NCBI RefSeq assembly: GCF_021054785.1
Contig: NZ_CP088239.1
Coordinates: forward strand, 720,001-752,000
From: Tannockella kyphosi
GTDB lineage: Bacteria; Bacillota_I; Bacilli_A; Erysipelotrichales; Coprobacillaceae
Reading direction: 5' to 3'
Length of the DNA: 32,000 bases
In this document: positions 8,659 through 16,600 of the stretch, piece by piece
Layout: every line of letters begins with the position of its first letter
How positions within the stretch are numbered: the stretch's first letter is position 1
Translations under genes and position numbers: made by a program
The notes under the pieces: model-generated
What the model was told of the DNA's origin: nothing
The model's database searches: none
The model's input: the letters and a program-made list of their open reading frames with translations, nothing else

Positions 8659-8686
8659 ATAGTATATTTTCTTAAACTACCCTTGA

Positions 8687-9370
8687 CAAAACGCAACAGA
8701 TGATACACTTCTTTCAGCTATGGAAAATGCAAACAATGCAGAAGTTGATACGGATATGAAAGGGATTGGAACACCTGCAACTCGTGCCGGTATTATGGAA
8801 AAACTCATTAAAACTGGTCTTGTAGAACGTAAAGGTGATAAGAAAGTAAAATATTTTATCCCTACACACAAAGGCATTGCACTTGTGACAGTATTGCCCG
8901 AAGATATTCAGTCCCCACTACTAACAGCAGAATGGGAAGAAAAATTAAAGGAAATCGAACAAGGTAAGCTATCGGCAAATGCCTTTTTAGAAGAAATTTC
9001 TAGTATGACTACTTCTCTAGTAAACACCTATGAATGTATCAAGGGAGCAAATACTCTGTTCCCTAGAGAAAATGCAGGTGCTAAAGTCGGCACTTGCCCT
9101 CGATGTGGAGCTGATGTAACCGAGAATAAAAAAGGCTTTTGCTGTTCCTCTAGAGATTGTCAATTCGCAATTTGGAAAGAAAACAAGTTCTTTACTGCTA
9201 AGAAAAAAACAGTAACCAAAGCTCTTGTATCAGAACTACTAAGTAAAGGTAAATCTACTCTCAAAGGTTGCTACTCAGCTAAAACTGGAAAGAATTATGA
9301 TTGTATCGTAGTGCTTGATGATACTGGTGGTAAGTATGTAAACTTTAAGATGGAGTTTGGGAAAAAGTAG
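8687..9370 (+). pseudogene. topB: 3' remnant of DNA topoisomerase III (topB), about the last 227 codons
   Basis: The frame opens at 8687 just after an in-frame TGA, and similarity precedes the first ATG (TDDTLLSAMENAN). It contains the type IA topoisomerase motif GIGTPATRAGI and a C-terminal Cys4 zinc ribbon (CPRCG...CSSRDC). The roughly 450-aa N-terminal catalytic part is absent. A short product from ATG 8720 is possible. Confidence 0.75.
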
Positions 9371-9428
9371 AAGTTTGGGTAGTTTGCGAATGGATTTAAT
9401 TTGTTAAATGGTGTAAAATGTTTCTGTA

Positions 9429-9491
9429 AGATTATTTCGATAATCTTGAAATAAGTAAAACATGGTTGAAATACCATGCAATTTATATAAT
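9429..9491 (+). promoter_or_regulatory. Twin-hairpin conserved leader motif, copy A
   Basis: Hairpin 1 is AGATTAT-ttcg-ATAATCT (9429-9446). Hairpin 2 is CATGG-ttgaaata-CCATG (9461-9478), followed by CAATTTATATAAT. A second copy lies at 13183-13245 with a compensatory double change in hairpin 2. Confidence 0.55.
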
Positions 9492-9506
9492 GAATGGAGT
9501 TCTTGA

Positions 9507-9959
9507 ATGAAAAATAAGACAAAGAAGATATTTGCTATTTCAACTGTTATAGCTTTACTTGGAGTAATAGTATATTTTATAGTTGCTAATCCGTTGGTGT
9601 CTATTAATAATCAAAAATTGGAAAATTCGATTAAATCTATTGAAACTGAAGCAATACAATTAAACGATATTGTTCCTTTTGAATGGGATATTATGTATAC
9701 TTTTTCGCCCTATGCAAGTCAAGATGAGATAGAGCAAATTATTGGATTTGAAAGTGCAGATGTGAAAGAAAATAATATCAGCGAGGGAATGGTTCATTTG
9801 CTTTTTGTTAAAGATGATAAAGTAGTAGCAAGTGTGCTTGGATATAGTAGCAATTTAGGTTATAGTATAGATTTTACAGAGAAAATAACATATGCAGAAA
9901 ATGCACAATTCAGTGTAATAAATAGTGATGATGTTATAACCTTGAGCTACACAAAATGA
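9507..9959 (+). CDS. Membrane-anchored protein of unknown function
   Basis: 150 aa with one N-terminal TM helix (IFAISTVIALLGVIVYFIVA) and a GGAG SD upstream. No recognisable motif. Confidence 0.6.
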   Translation: MKNKTKKIFAISTVIALLGVIVYFIVANPLVSINNQKLENSIKSIETEAIQLNDIVPFEWDIMYTFSPYASQDEIEQIIGFESADVKENNISEGMVHLLFVKDDKVVASVLGYSSNLGYSIDFTEKITYAENAQFSVINSDDVITLSYTK

Positions 9960-10030
9960 GCAAACCTCGCATACTACCCAAAACAAAATTGTCATACGCA
10001 AAATAAATCTAATTAAATACACTAAGTCTA

Positions 10031-10055
10031 ACCACTTCTACGGAGGTGGTTTTCT
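10031..10055 (+). terminator. Terminator-like hairpin immediately upstream of the 934-aa gene
   Basis: A 7-bp stem CCACTTC/GAGGTGG with a UACG loop (10032-10049), followed by TTTTCTTA. It is preceded by the conserved box AAAATAAATCTAATTAAA (10000-10017). Confidence 0.55.
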
Positions 10056-10087
10056 TATGCCCAAAAACAAGAAAGGAGCTATATAAT

Positions 10088-12892
10088 ATGGCTGAAAACG
10101 ATGTAAAACAATCTCCGAAAGAGAGATTAAAAGAAATTACCGACAGCATTGAAACTGGGATACAAAATCTTTTCGAGAGTGAAAAGTATATGCAGTATCT
10201 TAAAACCATGAGCAGATTTCACAAGTATTCCCTAAACAACACCATGCTCATTTCAATGCAAAATCCCGATGCGACTTTAGTTGCAAGTTTTAACAAATGG
10301 AAAGATACTTTTTCTCGTAATGTGAAGAAAGGTGAAAAAGGAATTAAGATTATTGCCCCAACACCTTACAAAATCAAAGAAGAACGAGAAAAACTTGATC
10401 CAATCACCAAAGCACCAGTCCTTGATGCTAACGGACAAATTGAATTAGAAGAAGTTGAAAGACAGATACCTATGTTCCGTGTGGTATCTGTCTTTGACGT
10501 TTCACAGACTTATGGTGAGCCACTCCCTACACTTGCTAATGATTTAACTGGAAATGTGGAACAATTCGATACCTTTATGGAAGCACTAAAACGCACTTCA
10601 ACAGTACCGATTGAGTTTAATCCAATAGCAGATGGCTATTATCATCTTGTAGATAAGAAAATTGTTATTCGTGAGGGAATGAGTGAAGTACAAACTATTT
10701 CAGCTCTTATTCATGAGATTGCACATTCGAGATTGCACGATTATGAATTTAAAAGACAGGCACAGCAAGAAGAAAATGCAGCACCTATTGAACCGAAAAG
10801 TCGTAATACCGAAGAAGTAGAAGCAGAAAGTATTAGCTTTGCTGTTTGTAACTATTATGGCATTGAAACAAGTGATAATAGTTTTGGTTATATTGCGAAT
10901 TGGAGCAAAGATAAAGAATTAAAGGAGCTTAAATCTTCTCTTGAAACAATCAATAAGACTTCATCAGAATTGATTACTTCTATCGACAAGCATTTTACAG
11001 AAATCACAAAAGAACATGAACAAGAAGTTGTTGTGGCTGTTCCACTTAGCAAAGAATTAGAAATTGCAAGTGCGATTGATAAATTTGCACAAGACTTTGA
11101 TCCTTATGAGTACAACGACCAAGTTGCAGATACAGAAAGTCACATCAATGAAATTGCCGATAATCTTAGAACTGGCAACACGAAAGCAATCAAAGATTAT
11201 TTAGTAGGTATTGATTTTAACGACCAACCTCATGAAAAGCTAAAGGCAAACAAACTTATGGAAGAAATCTATAAATATGAGATGTTCAACTATCCTCGTG
11301 AACTTGCCTATAAGATTGGTGATGGTTATCTTGCTATTCATGACTGCGATGAGGGATTTGATTACAGCTTTTATGATATGGACTTTAACCTAATTGATGG
11401 TGGTGTCTATGATGACATTGAACTTAACATTTACGAAGCAATTCATGAGGTTGCAGAATTTGATGATGGTTTTTCTATTTGGGATAGAGAAAATGTAGAA
11501 AAAGTTGACTATGAGGATTTAACAGAAAAAGCTGAAAATATAGAATTATCAAAAGTGGTAGGAACTGTAAAGTATAGTGATGTTACCAATGAGTTTGTAA
11601 TTTCATCACCACTATTTAAAGATGCTAACCTGCCACTATATACTAATCGTGAAGGTGAAAAGTTTGTCTTTGGTTTTGGTAATTTAGGTGGTGGCACAAA
11701 TGTATGGAACTTCCTTGATGAAACCAATAATGACTACACCAATGTGGCACATATTTCAGATACTGGAGAACTAAAGCTATTAGTCGATAATCTTCCCGAT
11801 ACTGCAAAAAAAGCACTTGAAGAAAAGGCAACAGAAATTCGTAGTGAAATTGAAACACAAATGAAAATGCCCGATCCAAATGTAACACTAGATGAAATGT
11901 TTGATTATGGTTATACAGCATTAGAACTTCTACCACTATCAAAAGAAAGAGCCTTAGAACTCTACAATGAGGATTTAACTATTTATGCCTTATATCCCGA
12001 TGATAGCGAAGGTATGGTTTTTGAATTAAGCGAGTTTGAGGAACATGAGGGTTATTTTGGTATCGAAGTGGTTGACTGGGAAAAATATTTAGACTTGCAG
12101 AAAATGAAGGAACATCAATGGAGCTTATCTTCACAAGAAGAAAAAGCCTTTGTAGAACGAAAAGACGAAAGTTTTGCTATTTATCAATTAAAATCGGGAA
12201 CTGAGTTTAGAGATTATCGTTTTACTGGTGCTGAAGAATTGGAACGCATGGGGAAAGAAATTGACAGAGATAATTACAATCTTATCTACACCGATGGACT
12301 TCAAAATGTAGAAAATGTAAGTCATGCTCTAGAGTGCTTATATTATGATTTCAACCACGATAAACCCGATGATTTTATCGGTCATTCTTTGTCAGTTAGT
12401 GACACCGTTGCTATCAATATGAATGGTGCTGTATCATATCATTATGTTGATACAGTAGGTTTTAAGGAGCTAGAACACTTTGTAGCTCCTAATCCCGACA
12501 ATCATTTAACTGGAGAGAAAATTGCTACTCCACGAGGGAATTTCTTTTTAACATCATTAAGTAAAGAAGAAATGCAGGCTCAAGGTTATGGTGTTCACCA
12601 TAATTCGGACGATGGCAGATATGCGATTATGGGTAATGGTACAATCGCTTATGCAGTAGCAAATGAAAATCCACTTAAAAATGCAGAAATTAGCACAGAG
12701 CAAAATTTCAATATGATTGACGGAACTCTAAACAATCAACCAACAGTTGCTGAACTGGAGCATGATGCAAAGAATGGTAAGCCTATTTCACTAATGGATC
12801 TACTCGATGCAACACGCAGGGAACAAAAACAACAACCAAAAGTAAAAAAAGAAAAGCAGGCACAATCTAAAAGTGCAGAAATGGAGCGATAA
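10088..12892 (+). CDS. ArdC-like polyvalent antirestriction protein (ArdC-N ssDNA-binding domain + HExxH metallopeptidase + YodL-like + DUF4316-like tail)
   Basis: SD AAAGGAG lies 10 nt upstream of ATG 10088; the track start (GTG 10046) is inside the terminator. ArdC-N pattern: YSLNNTMLISMQNPDATLVASFNKWKDTFSRNVKKGEKGIKI. HEIAH is at 10712-10726. A YodL-like block FAIYQLKSGTEFRDYRF and the tail NPLKNAEISTEQNFNMIDG are present. Confidence 0.8.
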   Translation: MAENDVKQSPKERLKEITDSIETGIQNLFESEKYMQYLKTMSRFHKYSLNNTMLISMQNPDATLVASFNKWKDTFSRNVKKGEKGIKIIAPTPYKIKEEREKLDPITKAPVLDANGQIELEEVERQIPMFRVVSVFDVSQTYGEPLPTLANDLTGNVEQFDTFMEALKRTSTVPIEFNPIADGYYHLVDKKIVIREGMSEVQTISALIHEIAHSRLHDYEFKRQAQQEENAAPIEPKSRNTEEVEAESISFAVCNYYGIETSDNSFGYIANWSKDKELKELKSSLETINKTSSELITSIDKHFTEITKEHEQEVVVAVPLSKELEIASAIDKFAQDFDPYEYNDQVADTESHINEIADNLRTGNTKAIKDYLVGIDFNDQPHEKLKANKLMEEIYKYEMFNYPRELAYKIGDGYLAIHDCDEGFDYSFYDMDFNLIDGGVYDDIELNIYEAIHEVAEFDDGFSIWDRENVEKVDYEDLTEKAENIELSKVVGTVKYSDVTNEFVISSPLFKDANLPLYTNREGEKFVFGFGNLGGGTNVWNFLDETNNDYTNVAHISDTGELKLLVDNLPDTAKKALEEKATEIRSEIETQMKMPDPNVTLDEMFDYGYTALELLPLSKERALELYNEDLTIYALYPDDSEGMVFELSEFEEHEGYFGIEVVDWEKYLDLQKMKEHQWSLSSQEEKAFVERKDESFAIYQLKSGTEFRDYRFTGAEELERMGKEIDRDNYNLIYTDGLQNVENVSHALECLYYDFNHDKPDDFIGHSLSVSDTVAINMNGAVSYHYVDTVGFKELEHFVAPNPDNHLTGEKIATPRGNFFLTSLSKEEMQAQGYGVHHNSDDGRYAIMGNGTIAYAVANENPLKNAEISTEQNFNMIDGTLNNQPTVAELEHDAKNGKPISLMDLLDATRREQKQQPKVKKEKQAQSKSAEMER

Positions 12893-12894
12893 TT

Positions 12895-13110
12895 ATGAAA
12901 TTCACAGTTGAAGAAACAAACCTAATGTGCATTTATGGTACGGACTCAAGACAAGGCTTGATTGCAGAGCTTGAAGAAATGCAACCACATTTACAAGAAG
13001 ATGAAGTAGAGTTAGTAGACCTTACAAGGTCCACTCTAGCAAAACTTCATACTATGAGTAATGAAGAATTTGAGGAAGTAAAAAGTGAACTGGTAGCTGA
13101 TTTTGAGTAA
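12895..13110 (+). CDS. Transposon-transfer assisting family (TTRAP-like) small protein
   Basis: 71 aa. The N-terminus FTVEETNLMCIYGT and the acidic tail match the remembered family pattern (FT.EE.NLMCIY.T). The start is 2 nt after the upstream stop, with GGAG upstream. Confidence 0.55.
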   Translation: MKFTVEETNLMCIYGTDSRQGLIAELEEMQPHLQEDEVELVDLTRSTLAKLHTMSNEEFEEVKSELVADFE

Positions 13111-13182
13111 TAAAATAAATTTTCTTATTAACATTTGAACTGTAGATTTTTGATATTTATTTATGGTATACTTTATGTGCGT

Positions 13183-13245
13183 AGATTATCTTGATAATCT
13201 AAAGGCAACGAAAACACGGTTGAAATACCGTGCAATTTATATAAT
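13183..13245 (+). promoter_or_regulatory. Twin-hairpin conserved leader motif, copy B
   Basis: Hairpin 1 is AGATTAT-cttg-ATAATCT (13183-13200). Hairpin 2 is CACGG-ttgaaata-CCGTG (13215-13232), followed by CAATTTATATAAT. An extended -10-like TGGTATACT lies about 20 nt upstream. Confidence 0.55.
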
Positions 13246-13285
13246 CTCATAGGGTGCTGAAATCAAGTGTGCAAAGGAGGATATA

Positions 13286-13489
13286 GTGAAAAGATTTGAA
13301 AAGGTTTTCTACTTAGTAGAAGTGTTAATTATAGTAATTTTTATTTTAACATGTCATTTTATTTCCCAAATCGAATTTAACAGTAATGGTATAATTGTTT
13401 TGCTATTATCTTTATTATTAACTGTGTTAGCATGTGCATTGAATGTAGCTGTATTGATACTACAAAAAGAAAAAAATAAAAGTGAGTAG
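13286..13489 (+). CDS. Small two-TM membrane protein
   Basis: 67 aa with a GTG start and a strong SD AAGGAGG 6 nt upstream. It has two hydrophobic helices. Confidence 0.5.
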   Translation: MKRFEKVFYLVEVLIIVIFILTCHFISQIEFNSNGIIVLLLSLLLTVLACALNVAVLILQKEKNKSE

Positions 13490-13576
13490 TAAATATCTGG
13501 TTGCCGAACATAATGAGCAATACACTTGTACCAGTACCAAAAACAAAAAACGAATAAAATAAATCTAATTAAACAT

Positions 13577-13612
13577 AGCACTTGTTGACTAAACCTCAAT
13601 GAGTGCTTTTCT
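13577..13612 (+). terminator. Terminator-like hairpin immediately upstream of the 2614-aa gene
   Basis: AGCACT (13577-13582) pairs with AGTGCT (13602-13607), with an inner TTGA/TCAA pairing, followed by TTTTCTTA. It is preceded by the same box AAAATAAATCTAATTAAA (13556-13573). Confidence 0.45.
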
Positions 13613-13643
13613 TATACCCAAAATTTAACTAGGAGGAAAAATT

Positions 13644-16600
13644 ATGGCATTAAAACGAGAAGAAGTTGCCCAGTTGTATGAAAATACCTCTAGGCAAGTA
13701 ACCAGTAGTCTTGCGAATTGGACTAACTTTTTAGAAGTTGTTGGCAAGCTCTACAAATATCCTTACCATGAGCAGCTTATGATTTACGCACAAAAACCCG
13801 ACGCCACTGCTTGTGCTGAGTTCGGTTTATGGAACAATCGCATGAATAGGTATGTAAAACGAGGTACAACGGGTATCGCACTTATTGATCCGAGTAACGA
13901 TAATCAGAAAATCAAATATGTCTTTGATTTAGCAGATACGGGTGGCAAAGAAAATGCACAACGACCTTTGTTGTGGGAAATGCAAAATCACCATGAAAAA
14001 CCAATCCTTGAAATGCTACAAGATAAATTTGATGTATCAAGTGATAATCTGTATGAAGCAATCGACATCATTGCAACAACACTATCAAAAGAGTATTATG
14101 ATGACAACAAAAAGGATATTCCTTATCTTGTAGAAGATAGTTTTTTAGAAGAACTTGATGATTTCGATATTGAGCAAACTTTTAAAAATGCTTTATCAGT
14201 CAGTGTTGCTTATACTCTTATGAAGCGATGTGGACTTGATACAGAGGATAGATTTTCACATGAGGACTTCTTACCTATCTTCGATTTTAACACTACTGCT
14301 ACTGTTACATTCTTGGGTACAGCAGTAAGTGAACAAACGGAACAAGTATTTAGAGAAATTGCAAAAACCATTGTAAAAACCATTGTAAAAACTGAAAGGA
14401 GCATACAACATGAACAACTTGACTTACAAAACGGAGGGCGATTACAAAATCCCGAACTTGGAATTGAAACAAGAACAGCCAGTAACACTGGGCAAATATG
14501 GGAAAATGAGAAAAGCACATCTCATGGAACATCGCAAACCATTATTCAATCACCTACTACTGAGCGAGAAATTGACAGCTCATCTAGTGGAAATCGACCA
14601 AACAGCGAACAGACGAATGGAACAGTTGATGAAAGACCTCGAGAAGAAACAACCGTCACCGAACAAGATGACACACCAACTAGAATGGGTAGCACATCAG
14701 AACAGCCTACAAGCACAGGCAGAGGAAGTAATCTTGACGGAGTTGATTTACAGCTAAGACCTACTCTTGATGATATTGTGCTTGATGAAACTGTTAAGCC
14801 ACAGCAAATGAGCCTATTTCCAACCGAAGAACAACAGATTACAAGTATAGCCGACAGACAAAATGCCAACACACTCAGTGTGACAGCAAAAAGTCAGTCG
14901 GCTATTTCTATTTCAGAAGAAGAAATCATTCATGGCTTACTAAGAGGAACTGGATTTGTTGATGGGAAATTGCGTGTATATGATTTGTATCAAAAGGATT
15001 TATCACCTAAAGAAATTGCCAATTCTATCAAGTCCGAATATGGACATGGTGGAGGAAGTCACGACTATTTAGATGGTAATAGAGGTTGGATAGATTGTGA
15101 GCCTTCCAAAGGATTATTATTTAGTATTCATGGTATTGAGGGAAAATTCAAATTATCGTGGTCTGATGTTGAAAAGAAAATTAGGTCATTAGTTACTAAT
15201 GACAGTTATTTAACTATGGATGAAAAAGCAAAGTATGAAGAACAACAACTCGCTAAAGCAGGAATTGATAGTAAATTTTTCTTAGATGATGAAGAATTAT
15301 CGGGTATCGTAAATAACTTTATATTAGCTAGTGATGTAACGGATCAAACATTGCAACATCAAACAGATATTTATGAAGCATTTGTCACTCAAACAAGTCT
15401 TGAAGATAAATTGAGTTTGATTAAATCTACCTACGGAAATCTTGATACATCTTACGTTACTGAGGGTGGTGATTATCTTGAAGAAGTAAAATCCGACGTG
15501 ATTGGAATTAACTTTAAACGAGGTGGTCAGCCTTTTTCTGTTACCTATGATGATATGGTTACTCGTATTGATACTCTTATTGCAAATAACGATTATCCTC
15601 ATAAAGAAGATGTTGTAGAAATCACGCAAGATGACATTGACAATGCTATTTTAGAATGGAATGGTGATGAAGAAAGCAAAGCTCGTGTTCTATCTTATAT
15701 GCGTGAACATAGTCGTGAACGAGGTACTGCACTATGGTTACAAAATGAGTATGGCAATAATCTTCCTGCATTACTTGTTGTAAAAGGTGAATTATCTGAA
15801 AGTATCCCTTGGGCAAAAGTGCAGCGACAACTTGGCAAATTCATTGCTGAAGATAAATTCTTTGTGACAGATAGCAAAGATAGATACACCCTAGAACAGA
15901 CCTCAGATGCCTTTGAGGAGCCTTTTGCTGTAAGGGATAATCTAATCCCCGATAACTCACTAGACCGTTACCATGCAGTAGAGGGGCATATACAGACCTT
16001 TGAAACAGAGGAAGATGCACAAACAGTTATTGAGCAGTTAAATGATAATGCAAGATATACAGTTAAGTATATTACAGAGGGATTTGACAGTTCCTATGTA
16101 CTTGATGATAAAGAATTTGACATTGAGGGATTTGTAAAGCATGAATACGCAGATTTGTTCTATCAATCCTATGGAACTCGTGAAGAAGCACAAGCAGTTG
16201 CAGATAAACTTAATGCACTTTCAGAACATACTCCACCCGAGTTGATTTTCTTTGTTGATTTTAAAGATGTTGATATTGATTACTCAAAGTACAATGATAG
16301 AGATGTCATTGGTTATAATATTGATGGTGTTAAGTACACAGTTGGAAAAAGTGGGGATTTAACTTATACAACGCAAGAAACAGCTATTACACCTTATGGT
16401 GAAGTGCTAGGCGATAATATGACTGCTGATGTATATGAGAAATTCAAAGCTTGGAAAGAAAGCCTTTCAGCTCCACAAGAAGAAATCACAGAACCAGTAC
16501 AAGTGGTAAAAGGTGAAAACTTCCGTATTACAGATAGTGATTTAGGTCATGGAACAAAGTCTGAAAAATACAAAGCGAATATGCAAGCTATTAGAACTTT

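Larger units (their letters stand above)
1..8686 (+). mobile_element. Tn4451/Tn4453-like mobilisable transposon (left end outside window) with a type IIS R-M plus cyclase-like cargo
   Basis: Gene order is serine recombinase (TnpX-like), TnpV, Mob relaxase and a terminal TnpW-like gene. This matches the remembered Tn4451 order tnpX-tnpV-cargo-...-mob-tnpW. A 5'-truncated topoisomerase III frame begins right after the TnpW-like gene (8687). The right boundary is only bracketed to about 8659-8695. Confidence 0.5.

Noticed and set aside
14364-14387. 12-nt tandem duplication (TIVKTIVK), and an 18-nt x2 tandem at 21426-21461 ([13 protein letters not shown])
   Set aside because: Both are short in-frame coding duplications in linker or tail regions. 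They are too short for a repeat array or CRISPR and are probably replication-slippage products.
14210-14872. Three minus-strand ORFs (102, 60 and 108 aa) opposite the dual-coding region of the giant gene
   Set aside because: They have no SD or motif. They most likely reflect the stop-poor composition of this linker segment. They are recorded because they weaken the 'open by chance is unlikely' argument for the overlap.
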